A DNA stretch of 64,000 nucleotides, taken from assembly GCA_032718475.1 (NCBI GenBank), contig JAUCBJ010001187.1:47554-111553 (forward strand). Reading direction: 5' to 3'. Below, piece after piece: positions 9,720 to 20,275 of the stretch (the stretch's first letter is position 1; the number at the start of each line of letters is the position of its first letter). This DNA comes from Nemertoderma westbladi (taxonomy: Eukaryota; Animalia; Xenacoelomorpha). Under the pieces are notes generated by a model. The model did no database searches, had not been told where the DNA came from, and saw only the letters and a program-made list of their open reading frames with translations. The translations under genes and the position numbers were made by a program.

Positions 9720-10940
9720 AACAGCCCGAGTCAGGTAAGTGAGTCCGAACTACATGTCCAATTCAGTGATGTGAACGACACTGACCAATGTTCTGAGATG
9801 GAAGGATTCTATACGGACGAATTCTCCGACGAAAACGAATCCTGTTACCTGATAAATACCGCAGTGTATCGAGCACTTACGTATGAAAAGGACACCGACA
9901 GCGAGCTCCCCCCAACTACTTCTGACCGACAACCACCTTGGAAAGCACCAACTTCCAATGTAGGAATCCGAGAATTTCCCGTAGTGCAGCTAAGGGTCCA
10001 TGGACCTGAAAGGAGTTATATAGTGAACACCCTTCTTGACTCCGGTAGCACAGGAACATTCATCGACAAAGAACTAGCCGAAGACATCTTTGCTGGACAA
10101 CCCAAGTTCCGAACTAAGTTAAACATGTCAGGAATTATGCCGGTTTGGAAATCTACAGTAATCGCAGATTATTATGTAGGTGCGTTGTCCACCCCCCAGG
10201 ATGAACTAGGAGAACACAGCATAAGGTCAGTAAAAATGGTGGCGATAAAGAACTTCGCTACCAGCCAAGTAGAACCTTATAACTGGGATGAGGACGATTT
10301 CACCCAGCAGTTTGATATACCTAGATTCAACACAGATTACCCTGGAGTGCAAATACTCATCGGTCAAAATGCGCATGAAGCGCTCGAGACATTGGAGAAA
10401 CGGCCTGCTCAACTGCAACCACTACAAGCTTATGCGGGAAGAACTAGAGTGGGTTGGTACTTTACTGGCCCTTCCCGTAGAACTCTCATGGAAAGATTAC
10501 CGAAAGATCAGGTATATCAAGTAAGAGAATGGGAAGATGAGAGCAGTGAGTTAGACGATCCAACTGAGGGAAGACCATACTCCTCAGATAATGACGACAT
10601 CAACTCCAATGTAGATCAATGGAGACATTGCCCCGAGACGATTAATCTAGCCGACATCGCCTCCAGAGGAGCAACTCCTCAAGAACTGACAGATACTCCA
10701 GACTGGTTAGGTGAACCCGACTTCCTAAGTAAAGAAGATGAATGGCCTCCCCACCTTAACCCGGCTGAGATTAGACAGGCCAAGGGAGCGGAGAAAGTAA
10801 CACAACCACTCAATCGCCCAGCTGGTCGTTTATGTTTACTGGAAAGAGACCGAAAACTGTCCGGAAACTATGGAAGGCAAGATACTCTTCCCACGACCAC
10901 CTCCCTAATCCAACAAATATCTAGGGACTCCATAACGTAA
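9720..10940 (+). CDS. pol: Remnant pol: BEL aspartic protease fused in frame to an RNase H C-terminal remnant and the integrase C-terminal tail
   Basis: Same frame as gag, after a single TGA. Protease LLDSGSTGTFI (Asp at 10038-10040), ILIGQN and TRVGWYFTGP; then QWRHCPETINLADIASRG..PQEL....WLGEPDFL....WP (end of the Pao RNase H region); then RPAGRLCLL (RP..KLC.L integrase-end motif). No YxDD RT motif or DDE integrase core. Confidence 0.85.
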   Translation, partial: NSPSQVSESELHVQFSDVNDTDQCSEMEGFYTDEFSDENESCYLINTAVYRALTYEKDTDSELPPTTSDRQPPWKAPTSNVGIREFPVVQLRVHGPERSYIVNTLLDSGSTGTFIDKELAEDIFAGQPKFRTKLNMSGIMPVWKSTVIADYYVGALSTPQDELGEHSIRSVKMVAIKNFATSQVEPYNWDEDDFTQQFDIPRFNTDYPGVQILIGQNAHEALETLEKRPAQLQPLQAYAGRTRVGWYFTGPSRRTLMERLPKDQVYQVREWEDESSELDDPTEGRPYSSDNDDINSNVDQWRHCPETINLADIASRGATPQELTDTPDWLGEPDFLSKEDEWPPHLNPAEIRQAKGAEKVTQPLNRPAGRLCLLERDRKLSGNYGRQDTLPTTTSLIQQISRDSIT

Positions 10941-11486
10941 CAACATACGGAGTGGGTGTGTGACTATATTATTTTATATTTATTTTATTATTTTATATTA
11001 TGTATGTATTATTATGTAATTTTATTATAATCGTTTTCTTTAATTTTATTTAGTCAAATGTTATTTAGCGATTATTTAGTAGATTAGTGCAATATATTAG
11101 TGTTTATTACTTAATTACCTGTATATATTTAGTGCGACGGCGAGAAATAATTCTTTTTCTCTTTCCTTACTGTCCGTATTACATTATAAATACGTGACTA
11201 TACAGTAAGATGAAATCTCCGTACTTATTAAAGTACAATAAAGCTCCTACTATATTTAAGTATTATTGGTAAGCAGAGTATTAGGAATGCAAAATTCAGA
11301 TCCTCGTGTCTCGGCTAAACCAAGCTCTGGGTAGACCTTGGAAACGACTTGCCTCTTCTCACTGACATTGCTTCGTGCGATATTGCTCTCATACCGTATA
11401 TTAAATAATACATATAGTAGCGTGATGTCCCTTTAACAGTAGCGTACTACGCAAATAAATCTGTTAAACCCTTTGACCATCTGTAA

Positions 11487-11775
11487 TTCTAGTCGATTAA
11501 GATATCGTGGCACCCACTGATATACTTGAAAGACAAAATTCTAGAATCAGTGGTTAACGTCCCCAGACTTGTTCTGGAATAAACCGGTGCCCATCCTAAA
11601 TATTAATTATTAATATTTACAAAATCTGTCAAATTTCAGATCCTTTAAAATTCTAGTCGATTAAGATATCGTAGCACTTACCGATACTCTTAAAAGGACA
11701 AATCCCTAGAATCAAGGATCCCAGTCCCCAGACTTGTTCTGGAATAAAATTGTGTCTATTTAATATTAAATAATA
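11487..11775 (+). repeat. Two ~163-bp diverged direct repeats in the LTR element 3' non-coding region
   Basis: ttctagtcgattaagatatcgt...ctagaatca...tccccagacttgttctggaataaa occurs at ~11488 and ~11651. Confidence 0.8.
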
Positions 11776-12576
11776 AAATTACGGGAATAAATTTAAATTC
11801 ATATTTTAATGAATTTGATAGATTGTTATTTTATACAATTTATAATATTCCCAAAATTCCATTAATTAATAGATCATGGGAGCGGAGATTCACCTATTAA
11901 GTGTATTAGTGTGTGAGAATCTCCAATATAGAGTCAATAGCCGATAAAATTCATAAAATCATATATAGAGATGATATTGACCATTAAAGACTTACTATTA
12001 AATAGCATCCCAGATCTGTATGCATGGGAATTACCCTAATTCTACCGCTAGCTTTCCATACTGTCACCATAGCAACAACCACGCTAGAATTAGAAGCGAG
12101 TTAACAGAACAATAAAAAGCTTGCTCATTGAATAGCATACGGAATAAATAGCACACCGCTAGTATCCAAGGATACATAATAACAACGTGACATTCTGGAA
12201 GGCACTTGACTAACGGACAAATGACCCGAATGTGTGATAGAATGTGTACCATTTGTGACAGTTACGTGGAATTTGTGCGTTTGTAGGTGAATGTTACTAC
12301 TAAGGTGTGTTTACAGTAGCGAGTCGCAATTGTGAAAGTAGCCCTAACTCTCCAGTAAGAACCTGAAGTATATCTAAGCCTTTGGGACGGACGGTGGAGT
12401 GACTTGTACTGGTTGTTGTAGTCGTTGTGCAGCTACGACGTTGGCGATAGGCACATCGGCGAAAGTACACCAGCGCTGAGGATCTCGCACTGTCCGGGCG
12501 CAGAGAGGGGTAGGCAGCGACGCCCGCTCGCCTAAATATAAACTCATTATAATATGGATAAACTTATATAGCAGAT

Positions 12577-13935
12577 ATGATTGAGTTGATAGAAGATGAT
12601 CTTGGTATCAGGGAGCGATATACTCTACCTTTACAAGCATTTGTTGATAGCTTGATACGCGGCGATGCTGGTCCAACTACTACGGAGGACGATGGTCGTT
12701 ATATCTAACCGCCAATGTCCCGGGAGCAACTTGCGCGTGGGTTGTACTGTAGATAATTCACCGCTCGCTATACGCATCGTAATGGTACGTATATGGACTT
12801 CTTAACTACTGGTCATCCTATCGACCTACACGATACGGACGATGTCGATACCGAAAGGGAAATGGTCCTGTTTAAATATCATACCCAGCGGAGTCGGAAC
12901 GATAAATTGAGAATCGAATGCGAAAATTATATTCGAAATCGACTCGAAAGAGAAGACGTTAAAGAACCGGATAAACGCGGTAACTCCAACCTATATTTGG
13001 AATTCTTGAGAGAAACATTGTAAAACCGAATAAATATCACCCGTGTTTCCCCTACAAGACGTGCGTCTTTGGTATTATTGCGATGAATGCCCAAGACCCA
13101 ACCAACAAACGGAAAGACATAAATATCCGTAGAGACGTTGCACTAAACACGGTTTACTCGCTATACTGGCGGGAGTTTCGAGCGAAATTTGTTTGACGTA
13201 TCACCTACGCTCGTTCGATTCAAACGATCCTTAAATAAACCTATGATCAGAGTTTCGGAATACTCGATCAGATCTCATCATTCCCTAGTGAGACCTCAGA
13301 CTCTTGATCCTATTAGTATGACGGATCCTCCCGAGCTGTACTCACTGTTCAAAGATCTAGTGTTACCTGAACAATTAGTTGGTGGCACCCCTGTTGTGGG
13401 CTTCCTAGATATTAGCCCATCCTACCTAGCCGGATTGGGACGCGGACATTTAATATCGCCGTTTAACCCTTACCATCGTCCCGGCTTAACACGATATAAC
13501 CTGTCACCAAAGTGGCGGAGAGCGTTGTACCAAATGAGTTAGACGCTATTCTACAAAGATCAGAAAAGGAACTTACGCTTGTTCAGATAAACGTAAATTG
13601 CACTAGCAAGTCCAAGCGGTAAACAAAGTAACTTTATCTCAGTTCGATCGGGAAATCCAGAATCTCTAAGAAGTTATCGAACTTGGACAACCCTATTCTC
13701 TGCGAGAGTTTTTGGATGAACGTATCCAGCTACGAGCGGAGGAAAATCAGCTCGAGGAGAAGCATATCGAAACGGCGGATACCCCGACCATAATCCTACA
13801 CCTTCTGATGCAATCATATTGCACCCTTCACCCAGGATTTATAGCCCTCCTAGTAAAGTGGCTCCCCCCAAAGAGAAAAGGACTCTTACTAGCCTCAAAA
13901 AACTGCGTAAACGCCGTCCGCGTAAGAAAGGCTAA
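12577..13935 (+). pseudogene. Degraded extra ORF of unknown origin between pol and the 3' LTR
   Basis: ATG at 12577 and ORF pieces 12793-13023 and 13189-13542 share one frame broken by several stops. The frame ends in KKLRKRRPRKKG*. The composition is coding-like, and a GC-rich patch plus TATAAA (12537-12542) lies upstream. Confidence 0.5.
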
Positions 13936-14014
13936 CTGTTTAGAGTATTTTTATATTTTGAGAAACTGTGATTTGTTATATTTTATAGACTTAAATCCCA
14001 TTTTCTGGGAGCGG

Positions 14015-15064
14015 TGTAAAGGCTTTTGCGGAATTAGCCGGTTATTTTCCCCGTAAAGTACTCTGTAGTTGGTTTAGCAGGCATAAAAGGCCGTGTCCTT
14101 ACTGTACTGGTGTTTTAGAGGACACAAAAGCCATTTCTTCTGTATGTGTACTTTAGCGGACATAATTAGCAATTCTATGACGCAATACGCCAGATCCTCT
14201 TGAAACAGTGTAGCTACCATGACGACGGCTAACAGCTGATGCTGTACACGTGTAGCTTTTTCTTTGTTCTCTGTTCCTTCTTTGTTCGTCTTTAGCCCAA
14301 CATTAGTAGGCTTAATTATAGAACGTATATCTGTTATCATACCTCACTTAACGAATCATAACATACAAACTAATCATATTGTCAACTACAAACACCGCAT
14401 TTTACTGCTATTTACTGTCGGTTATTCATTATATTTGTTGATGGAATATTATATTTGGAATACTGATAAATAATCAGACACCCCAATCTTCTTGATATAC
14501 TAAAGGTTAGAGAGACCGGTTACATATAACGATTGCGACTTACATTAAGTGGTTTGAAGTGAATCTAATGCTATTTTATAGGCCCTACATGTATTGTCTG
14601 TTGTTCTCTTTATATATGATTAAAATCAGTGAAGGTCGGCAGATTAGTGTGCAGCATTGTGCAGTATTGTGTATGATTGTGACTGATAACAAAGCATCTC
14701 CTAAAGAATGCGCCATATACGTGAATCTATAGCCATCCCGTTGTGTTTAGTTTAAGTCATAACTCTGTTTACATATTTAGAGCGCCACGTCCTAAAGGAA
14801 CTGTTAATATTTCCCGAAAGTGAATAATATTTGTCAGAGATTATATATTACGATCAGTCGAATAATACAGTAGGCCTACCCCGCAATACGGTTAGGCTTC
14901 CGAATCCAGTCTCCCGGGTATATCCAGCGGGTGAATGATCGCGCATAGACTGGCTTCGGCTAATGTAGTGTATCAAATACTTGTCATAGGCTAAAGACGA
15001 TCTATCATCTAAAAGACATCCCAATTTGGCAGGTTAAACTGCTAAAGGTCTGAAAGCGCGAACA
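14015..15064 (+). repeat. 3' LTR (1050 bp)
   Basis: Direct repeat of 2754-3808, preceded by the purine tract gggagcgg and followed by the TSD CCATT. Confidence 0.97.
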
Positions 15065-15129
15065 CCATTCAATTCATTCTTCCATTCAATATTATAATAT
15101 TATATTATAAATATTTTACAAATAAATAA

Positions 15130-16915
15130 TAATGACAAACCACTTGAATTCTTTGAAACCCTGACAGAATATTTTTTCTATCCTTGAATTAATTAATAAA
15201 CCAACTCGGATTTAACTGAGTCGTCTGCAACCTGTATTGACAATCCACGAAGCTAAGGAAACTACTTTCACTAAGAAAGATTTTCCTTAGCTGAGATGCT
15301 GTACTCTATACTTGTGTGTGCAGATGGTTCTATCACATTTGAGGCACAGTGACAAACACCTTTCCCCAGTGGCCATTTTTGGACTGATTTGTCTAAAATT
15401 TCACACAGACACTCTCTGACCTATGTGTAACTTTAAAAAAAAATTTTTTTAATTAGGTGATTTTCCGTTTCGAGCAGCACGATTGAAAATCATGAGTACA
15501 TGGTTTTTTTTTTGCCTGTTTTCAAATGTGCAACTTTTCCTCAATTTTCCTTCAATTTGCCGGAAAATCTGGAGACAGACACCCCAGGTCGTGTATGTAA
15601 TGTGGTGTTAATTTTATGGCTGCAGAGGACGATGTGCCCTTCGCGCAGCACGTGAAAAAACTGTCTTTTCTAGAAAAACAATTAACTTTATTTGACCACT
15701 GTCAGTACTACTACTGCCCTGCCACCAGACAATCAGTATAGTAAGTACAGTAGTTTTTTTTGTCACCATTGTCTACTGGAGATCTCATGGACATTGCCAA
15801 AGAAAGGGTTGAATAATTATAAGGCACTAAGTTCCGACATGGTAGACCCAATGAAGGCACGGGAGGTGATAAATTTAATCAGTCAGCCTATTACTCATAT
15901 AATAACTTTATCGTTGGCCATTGGTAAAGTACCTGAAAAAATGAAAATAGCCAAAATAGTACCGATATTTAAATCCGGAGAAACGACCTTGGTCTCTATC
16001 TATCAGTTATCACGTTTCTTGAAGGACAATGAAATTCTTAAGGATAATAAATTTGGCTTTCAATCTGAATAATCAACAATCGCTGCGCTAACACTCATGC
16101 ACACATATTTGACTAAGGCTGCCGAAAATGCAGATACTACACTGGGTTCTTGGATCTTTCAAAGGCCTTCGATACAGTTAATCGTGATAAATCTTGTTGC
16201 GGAAAACTGGAACAGTATGGGATAAGTGGCCTGCCACTTAAGTGGTTCAAAGATTACCTGTCAAATAGGTTCCAGTTTGTTGACTACCTTGGATCTAATT
16301 CCGATCTGAACGAGAATCTCTTGACGTCCCTCTGGGATCAATTGTAGGGCCAATTTTATTTCTTATTTACATTAATGACATTTCAAATTTAATAAATTTT
16401 ATTTTATTTGCCGATGATACGAGTATTTTTATTTCTGGCAAAAGTATTCAACAGCTTCCACAAATTCTAAATGATGAACTCTTGAAGGTTTCTAACTGGT
16501 TATCATTAAATAAATTATCTCTTAATATTAAAAAAACAAAATATATGATATTACGCCTAAATCAATCTGGTACAAATAAAATATCACTACAAATTGGTGG
16601 ATCACCCATTCAGGAAACAGACCAATTAAAATTTCTTGGTGTTTTCATTAGTAAAAACCTTTCCTGGAAATAATACTTAGGTCATATAAGGTCAAAAATT
16701 GCGAAAAGTTTTTGGCAATCCATATCCGTGTAAGCTTACAAGTCTGTGGGACTACGTATCTCTCATATGCATTACGGTAATTATTTGGGGAAATTGTAAT
16801 CCAATTGAAAATGATACTATTCGCAACCCCTTAATAAAGCTCCAAAAGAAAGCAGTGCGAGTAATTTCCATAAAACCATATCGTTATCCGACAAAATATT
16901 TATTTTTCTATTTAA
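15130..16915 (+). mobile_element. Degraded CR1/L2/Crack-group LINE ORF2 (endonuclease end plus RT), interrupted by another insertion
   Basis: LINKPTRI...SATCIDN at ~15185-15245. From ~15860: KIAKIVPIFKSG, KFGF, DLSKAFDTV, LFLIYINDI..LFADDTS, WLSLNKLSLNIKKTKYMI, KFLGV and KLQKKAVRVI, with frameshifts and stops. Confidence 0.9.
15247..15855. mobile_element. Probable non-autonomous DNA element (HINE/MITE-like) inserted into the LINE
   Basis: Non-coding block that interrupts LINE homology. It starts with the inverted repeat agctaaggaaa...tttccttagct (~15251-15292) followed by a short GT repeat; the right end is not resolved. Confidence 0.4.
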
Positions 16916-16941
16916 GGGGGGGGGGGGGGGGGGGGGGGGGG
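16916..16941 (+). repeat. Poly-G tract (G26)
   Basis: Directly visible at the end of the LINE fragment. Confidence 0.95.
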
Positions 16942-17105
16942 CATCCCGGAACAAACAAAAAATGATTTGATTCACAATAAGTTATTTTTCTTATTCCTTT
17001 AATTTAACTGTCTTGTGAAGTGACTAATATTTTATAATAGTCCTAGAAATACCAACATATTTAATTCCAACTTTATATTCAACATACATTTTAGTTATAC
17101 TCTAC

Positions 17106-17228
17106 CTTGACAGTTTCTTCCATTTCCTGAGTATCCTTGGTTACAGCTACAACTGAATGAACCATCTGTGTTGGTACAGTCGGCGTTGGCATGGCAATCA
17201 TGAGTGTTAGTGAGGCATTCATTGTCGT
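17106..17228 (-). CDS. Calcium-binding EGF-like exon of host gene
   Basis: 123 bp, AG at 17230-17229, GT at 17105-17104, phase 1-1. Encodes DNECLTNTHDCHANADCTNTDGSFSCSCNQGYSGNGRNCQ. Not in the ORF track. Confidence 0.93.
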
Positions 17229-17274
17229 CTATAATATATTACATTAAAAATTATTATGCATCCTACCTAGAATT

Positions 17275-17815
17275 CCGGCCAATTTTATTCACATTTTTAT
17301 GATTTTTTTTTTTACAATAATTAATATGATATATTATATTAACTGTAACGCTATATTAATCATTATGGGACAAACTATTACATATTAGGCACAGATTTTA
17401 TAAAATGAATTAATTAATTAAGTTAGGAATAGAGTTCAGGGTCCATTGAAAAGGTCACCCGGTGAGGGACCGCCCGTCGCCATAACAGACACCGCGTTTC
17501 CCACTAGAATGGCCACCAGAATCCGCTGTAGGAGGAAGCGGAGTGAGCGGGGTTCGTGGGTGAACGCGTGCATTCGGGAGCCAACCTCCCGGAGGAAGAC
17601 CGTAGTCTCCGGGCCGGGGCGGCCGAGGGTCTCAAAGGCCAGAGGATGAAAAATGTGGAGGCCCCGCTGCTCCAGCTCGGCGTACGTCGCGCCTTTCCTC
17701 CGCTCTGCCTCCTCAGCTGTGCGCCCGCCGGCGGTGAGGGTCTGTTGGAGGTGGCTGGGGGCGAGGGGGTCGACTACCGTAGCGTCTCAAGTAAGGCTTC
17801 GTCCCCCGCTCCAAA
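17275..17815 (-). mobile_element. 5'-truncated CRE-clade non-LTR retrotransposon (restriction-like endonuclease C-terminus plus 3' UTR)
   Basis: Minus frame 17813-17436 reads WSGGRSLT*DATVVDPLAPSHL...AEEAERRKGATYAEL...IFHPLAFETLGRPGPE...FLREVG...EPRSLRFLLQRILVAILVGNAVSVM, the CRE RLE signature. Flanked by the direct repeat acctagaatt at 17265-17274 and 17815-17824. Confidence 0.85.
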
Positions 17816-18500
17816 CCTAGAATTAGACCAAAATTGTCTCACAATACAGAGAGTTCCGAGCCACCCATCAGTTAAACTTCAACTCATAATTCTATAGCGA
17901 GCGAGATGTTTTATCAGCATATATAACTCGCATTCACTCCAGTGCCTGGCACAATGGAATGACATGAGAGCTGGTTGCGACTCCCACTCCTATCAGTAGC
18001 TGGCTGTGGTATTGGAGAAATTGATTTGTTGATGAATTTAACTGCAGATTCAGCTTTGGCAAAATAGATCCTCCAACCAAGATCTCCAACCGCATCATCG
18101 ACTGCAGAAGTTTCCTAAGGTGGTTCTGATTTTGTGCTATTCTCCAACTATTGTTGTCCCAGTACTGTAGATAAAGTGGAAATATTTCTATATATATTGT
18201 GGATATCTATAGCAATCTACAAGCAGCTTCTGATGGAGTGGATCAGCTTGTATTCTTAACTTTCTTGAGGGACTTTAATGCCAGTCTCCATCGTTCCTCA
18301 ACTTCGCAACTTAAATAAAGAATTTATTTGGAGTTCTTAGAATACATAGACTGGAGAATATATAGACTATTTGTTATATTGCCATTTCCATGATAGCCGG
18401 TGATAACACCGGTTGTTATGGAATTGGAATTGGCAAAACAACCGATGATAACACCAAGTCAGCTACTGAATGCTTTTTCGACGCCTGTAGTAACGGGTTA

Positions 18501-18791
18501 TGTGAATTTTGTTCCAATGCGAGTAGTTTACCTGCGAACTTTGTTCCAATAGATGCGAACTTTGTTCCAATAGATGCGAACTTTGTTCCAATAGATGCGA
18601 ACTTTGTTCCAATAGATGCGAACTTTGTTCCAATAGATGTGAACTTTGTTCCAATAGATGCGAACTTTGTTCCAATAGATGTGAACTTTGTTCCAATAGA
18701 TGCGAACTTTGTTCCAATAGATGTGAACTTTGTTCCAATAGATGCGAACTTTGTTCCAATAAATGCGAACTTTGTTCCAATAAATGCAAAC
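18501..18791. repeat. 21-bp minisatellite (tgcgaactttgttccaataga) x ~12, plus one degenerate upstream unit
   Basis: Units are directly visible from 18533, with tgc/tgt variants alternating in the middle. Confidence 0.95.
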
Positions 18792-19267
18792 AATCAACTA
18801 AAATTATATTTAAAAAATTACCTTTTATATTTCAACAACATAAAAATAAATTTAAACCGATAAACTGATTATGATGGAATGCATAGTGCATACTGTGAAG
18901 GTGAACTACTGTATTGAATATTATTTTATTGTTTTATTGTTATTATTGCAATATCTTGTTATTATGCCGGAATTCTTATGTTAGTCATTAAAATTATTTG
19001 GTTTATCATTTTTTTATTTATTTTTTATCATTAGTTTAATGCTGTTTGAATTCAATTAAAATAAATAATATTGTAATATATTATACAATATTACAAATAT
19101 AACATTGAATGACACTCTAGGAATAGAATTGGTCCTCCAATTCCCAACAATAATAAATTAATTGCTGTGCGGCTTGTGTGAAGGTGAATTAAAAATAAAA
19201 TATATAATGTAACAGAACAGTATGACAATTGTCTCCATGGCAAATGAAATATCAACCGACCTTTTTG

Positions 19268-19347
19268 GGGCTCGAACCTAAGATTCAAGCTTCCCGTTAT
19301 CATCAGCCGGTTATGTGTGTCTAAGACAATTGAGCTACCAGGACGGG
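19268..19347 (-). mobile_element. tRNA-derived SINE head (Pol III A and B boxes)
   Basis: Minus strand has TGGTAGCTCAATTG (A box) and GGTTCGAGCCC (B box) ~50 nt apart; no complete cloverleaf is evident. Confidence 0.55.
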
Positions 19348-19616
19348 TTTAAAATTTATTCGCTATTAAGTGGGCTATCATATTTTGGCCGTTTACTAAT
19401 CATTTGAAGGAATTTAAAAACTGCTCCTTTTCTTCTCTGATAAATAGATCTTCAATGATGCTTATAAGTTCCCCAATTGGCTCCACGATGCTTCTCCACG
19501 TTTACAGAGATTCCATAGCAAGCATTCACTAGTAGTATGTTATATTTGCCCAACTCACAACATTTTTCCGTTTTTCTATTGGACTATAAATATGTACTTG
19601 TTTGCCTGACTATAGT

Positions 19617-20137
19617 ACTAGAAATCCAGCAAGCTGGCTATAAGAATACCGTCTATAAGACAACAATACCGAAAAAACTAAATCTTAATTCCGTTTCTGT
19701 TTTACTCCGAAGCGAAAAGATGAACAAATATTTAACCATATCTAATCCCGGCATCACTATGAAGCAACCAATATAATATGCATATAATATGCATGTATCA
19801 TAATAATAATATTCTACAAAACTAGAGGGCGTTTTCTCGCTTTCTCTCAATAATTGTTTGGAATAATATAAGGGAGGTAGAGAGTGTGGGTATTATGTCA
19901 ATATAATCGTCCAGTATCAATATAAGTGTGCCCGACGGCTGTTGTGATTATAGCTGACTGATTGTTTAGTGGAACATTGGATTGAACGAAGACACATATT
20001 AAAGTTGCACATATACTTGACATCCCAACATGTAGAACACGTTCTTTTCCAAGCCAATATCAATGTACATGCACACACACACACAGACAAACAAACAAAT
20101 ATGTTTTTTGACAGCAAGAAGCCCCAACGGTCTCTAA
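19617..20137 (-). mobile_element. Short Helentron/HINE-like non-autonomous element (sister of the satellite-bearing element)
   Basis: Left end: actagaaat-ccagc-aa-gctgg-ctataaga (stem-loop). Right end: (CA)n/(CAAA)n microsatellite, then ttttgacagcaagaagccccaacggtctctaatt. Both ends match those of the element at 20276-60593. Confidence 0.65.
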
Positions 20138-20275
20138 TTAAAATAAATTAAACATTAAATTATTGTTTTAGATCGACAATTTTAAATTAATGGATTGAAT
20201 ATTGTTGTCTAATTTTATAAGGATATGTACAGGCCAGAGAGCTTATTTTTTTACACTTGGGTATGGCTGTAATAT

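Larger units (their letters stand above)
2754..15064 (+). mobile_element. BEL/Pao LTR retrotransposon, full-length with both LTRs but non-autonomous (Gag + protease only), intronic and antisense to the host gene
   Basis: TGT...ACA LTRs at 2754-3808 and 14015-15064; 5-bp TSD CCATT at 2749-2753 and 15065-15069; BEL-type Gag with three zinc knuckles; aspartic protease; purine-rich GGGAGCGG just before the 3' LTR. Confidence 0.95.

Noticed and set aside
7314-10524. Antisense and alternate-frame ORFs over gag/pol, including a Cys/His-rich one at 7314-7631
   Set aside because: Shadows of the gag Ala repeat and the pol frame.
12577-13935. env gene
   Set aside because: No signal peptide, fusion peptide or transmembrane anchor is visible in the recoverable frames.
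17446-17897. Plus-strand ORFs in the GC-rich island
   Set aside because: The real coding signal is the minus-strand CRE endonuclease frame.
17940-18500. Possible degraded hAT-like transposase remnant on the minus strand
   Set aside because: Only vague motif echoes with many disruptions; cannot be supported without a search.
18390-18863. Repeat-protein ORFs (ANFVPID / SSHLLEQ repeats)
   Set aside because: A 21-bp unit stays open in four frames on both strands; no splice or domain support.
19268-19347. Functional tRNA gene
   Set aside because: A and B boxes are present but no convincing acceptor or anticodon stems; treated as a SINE head.
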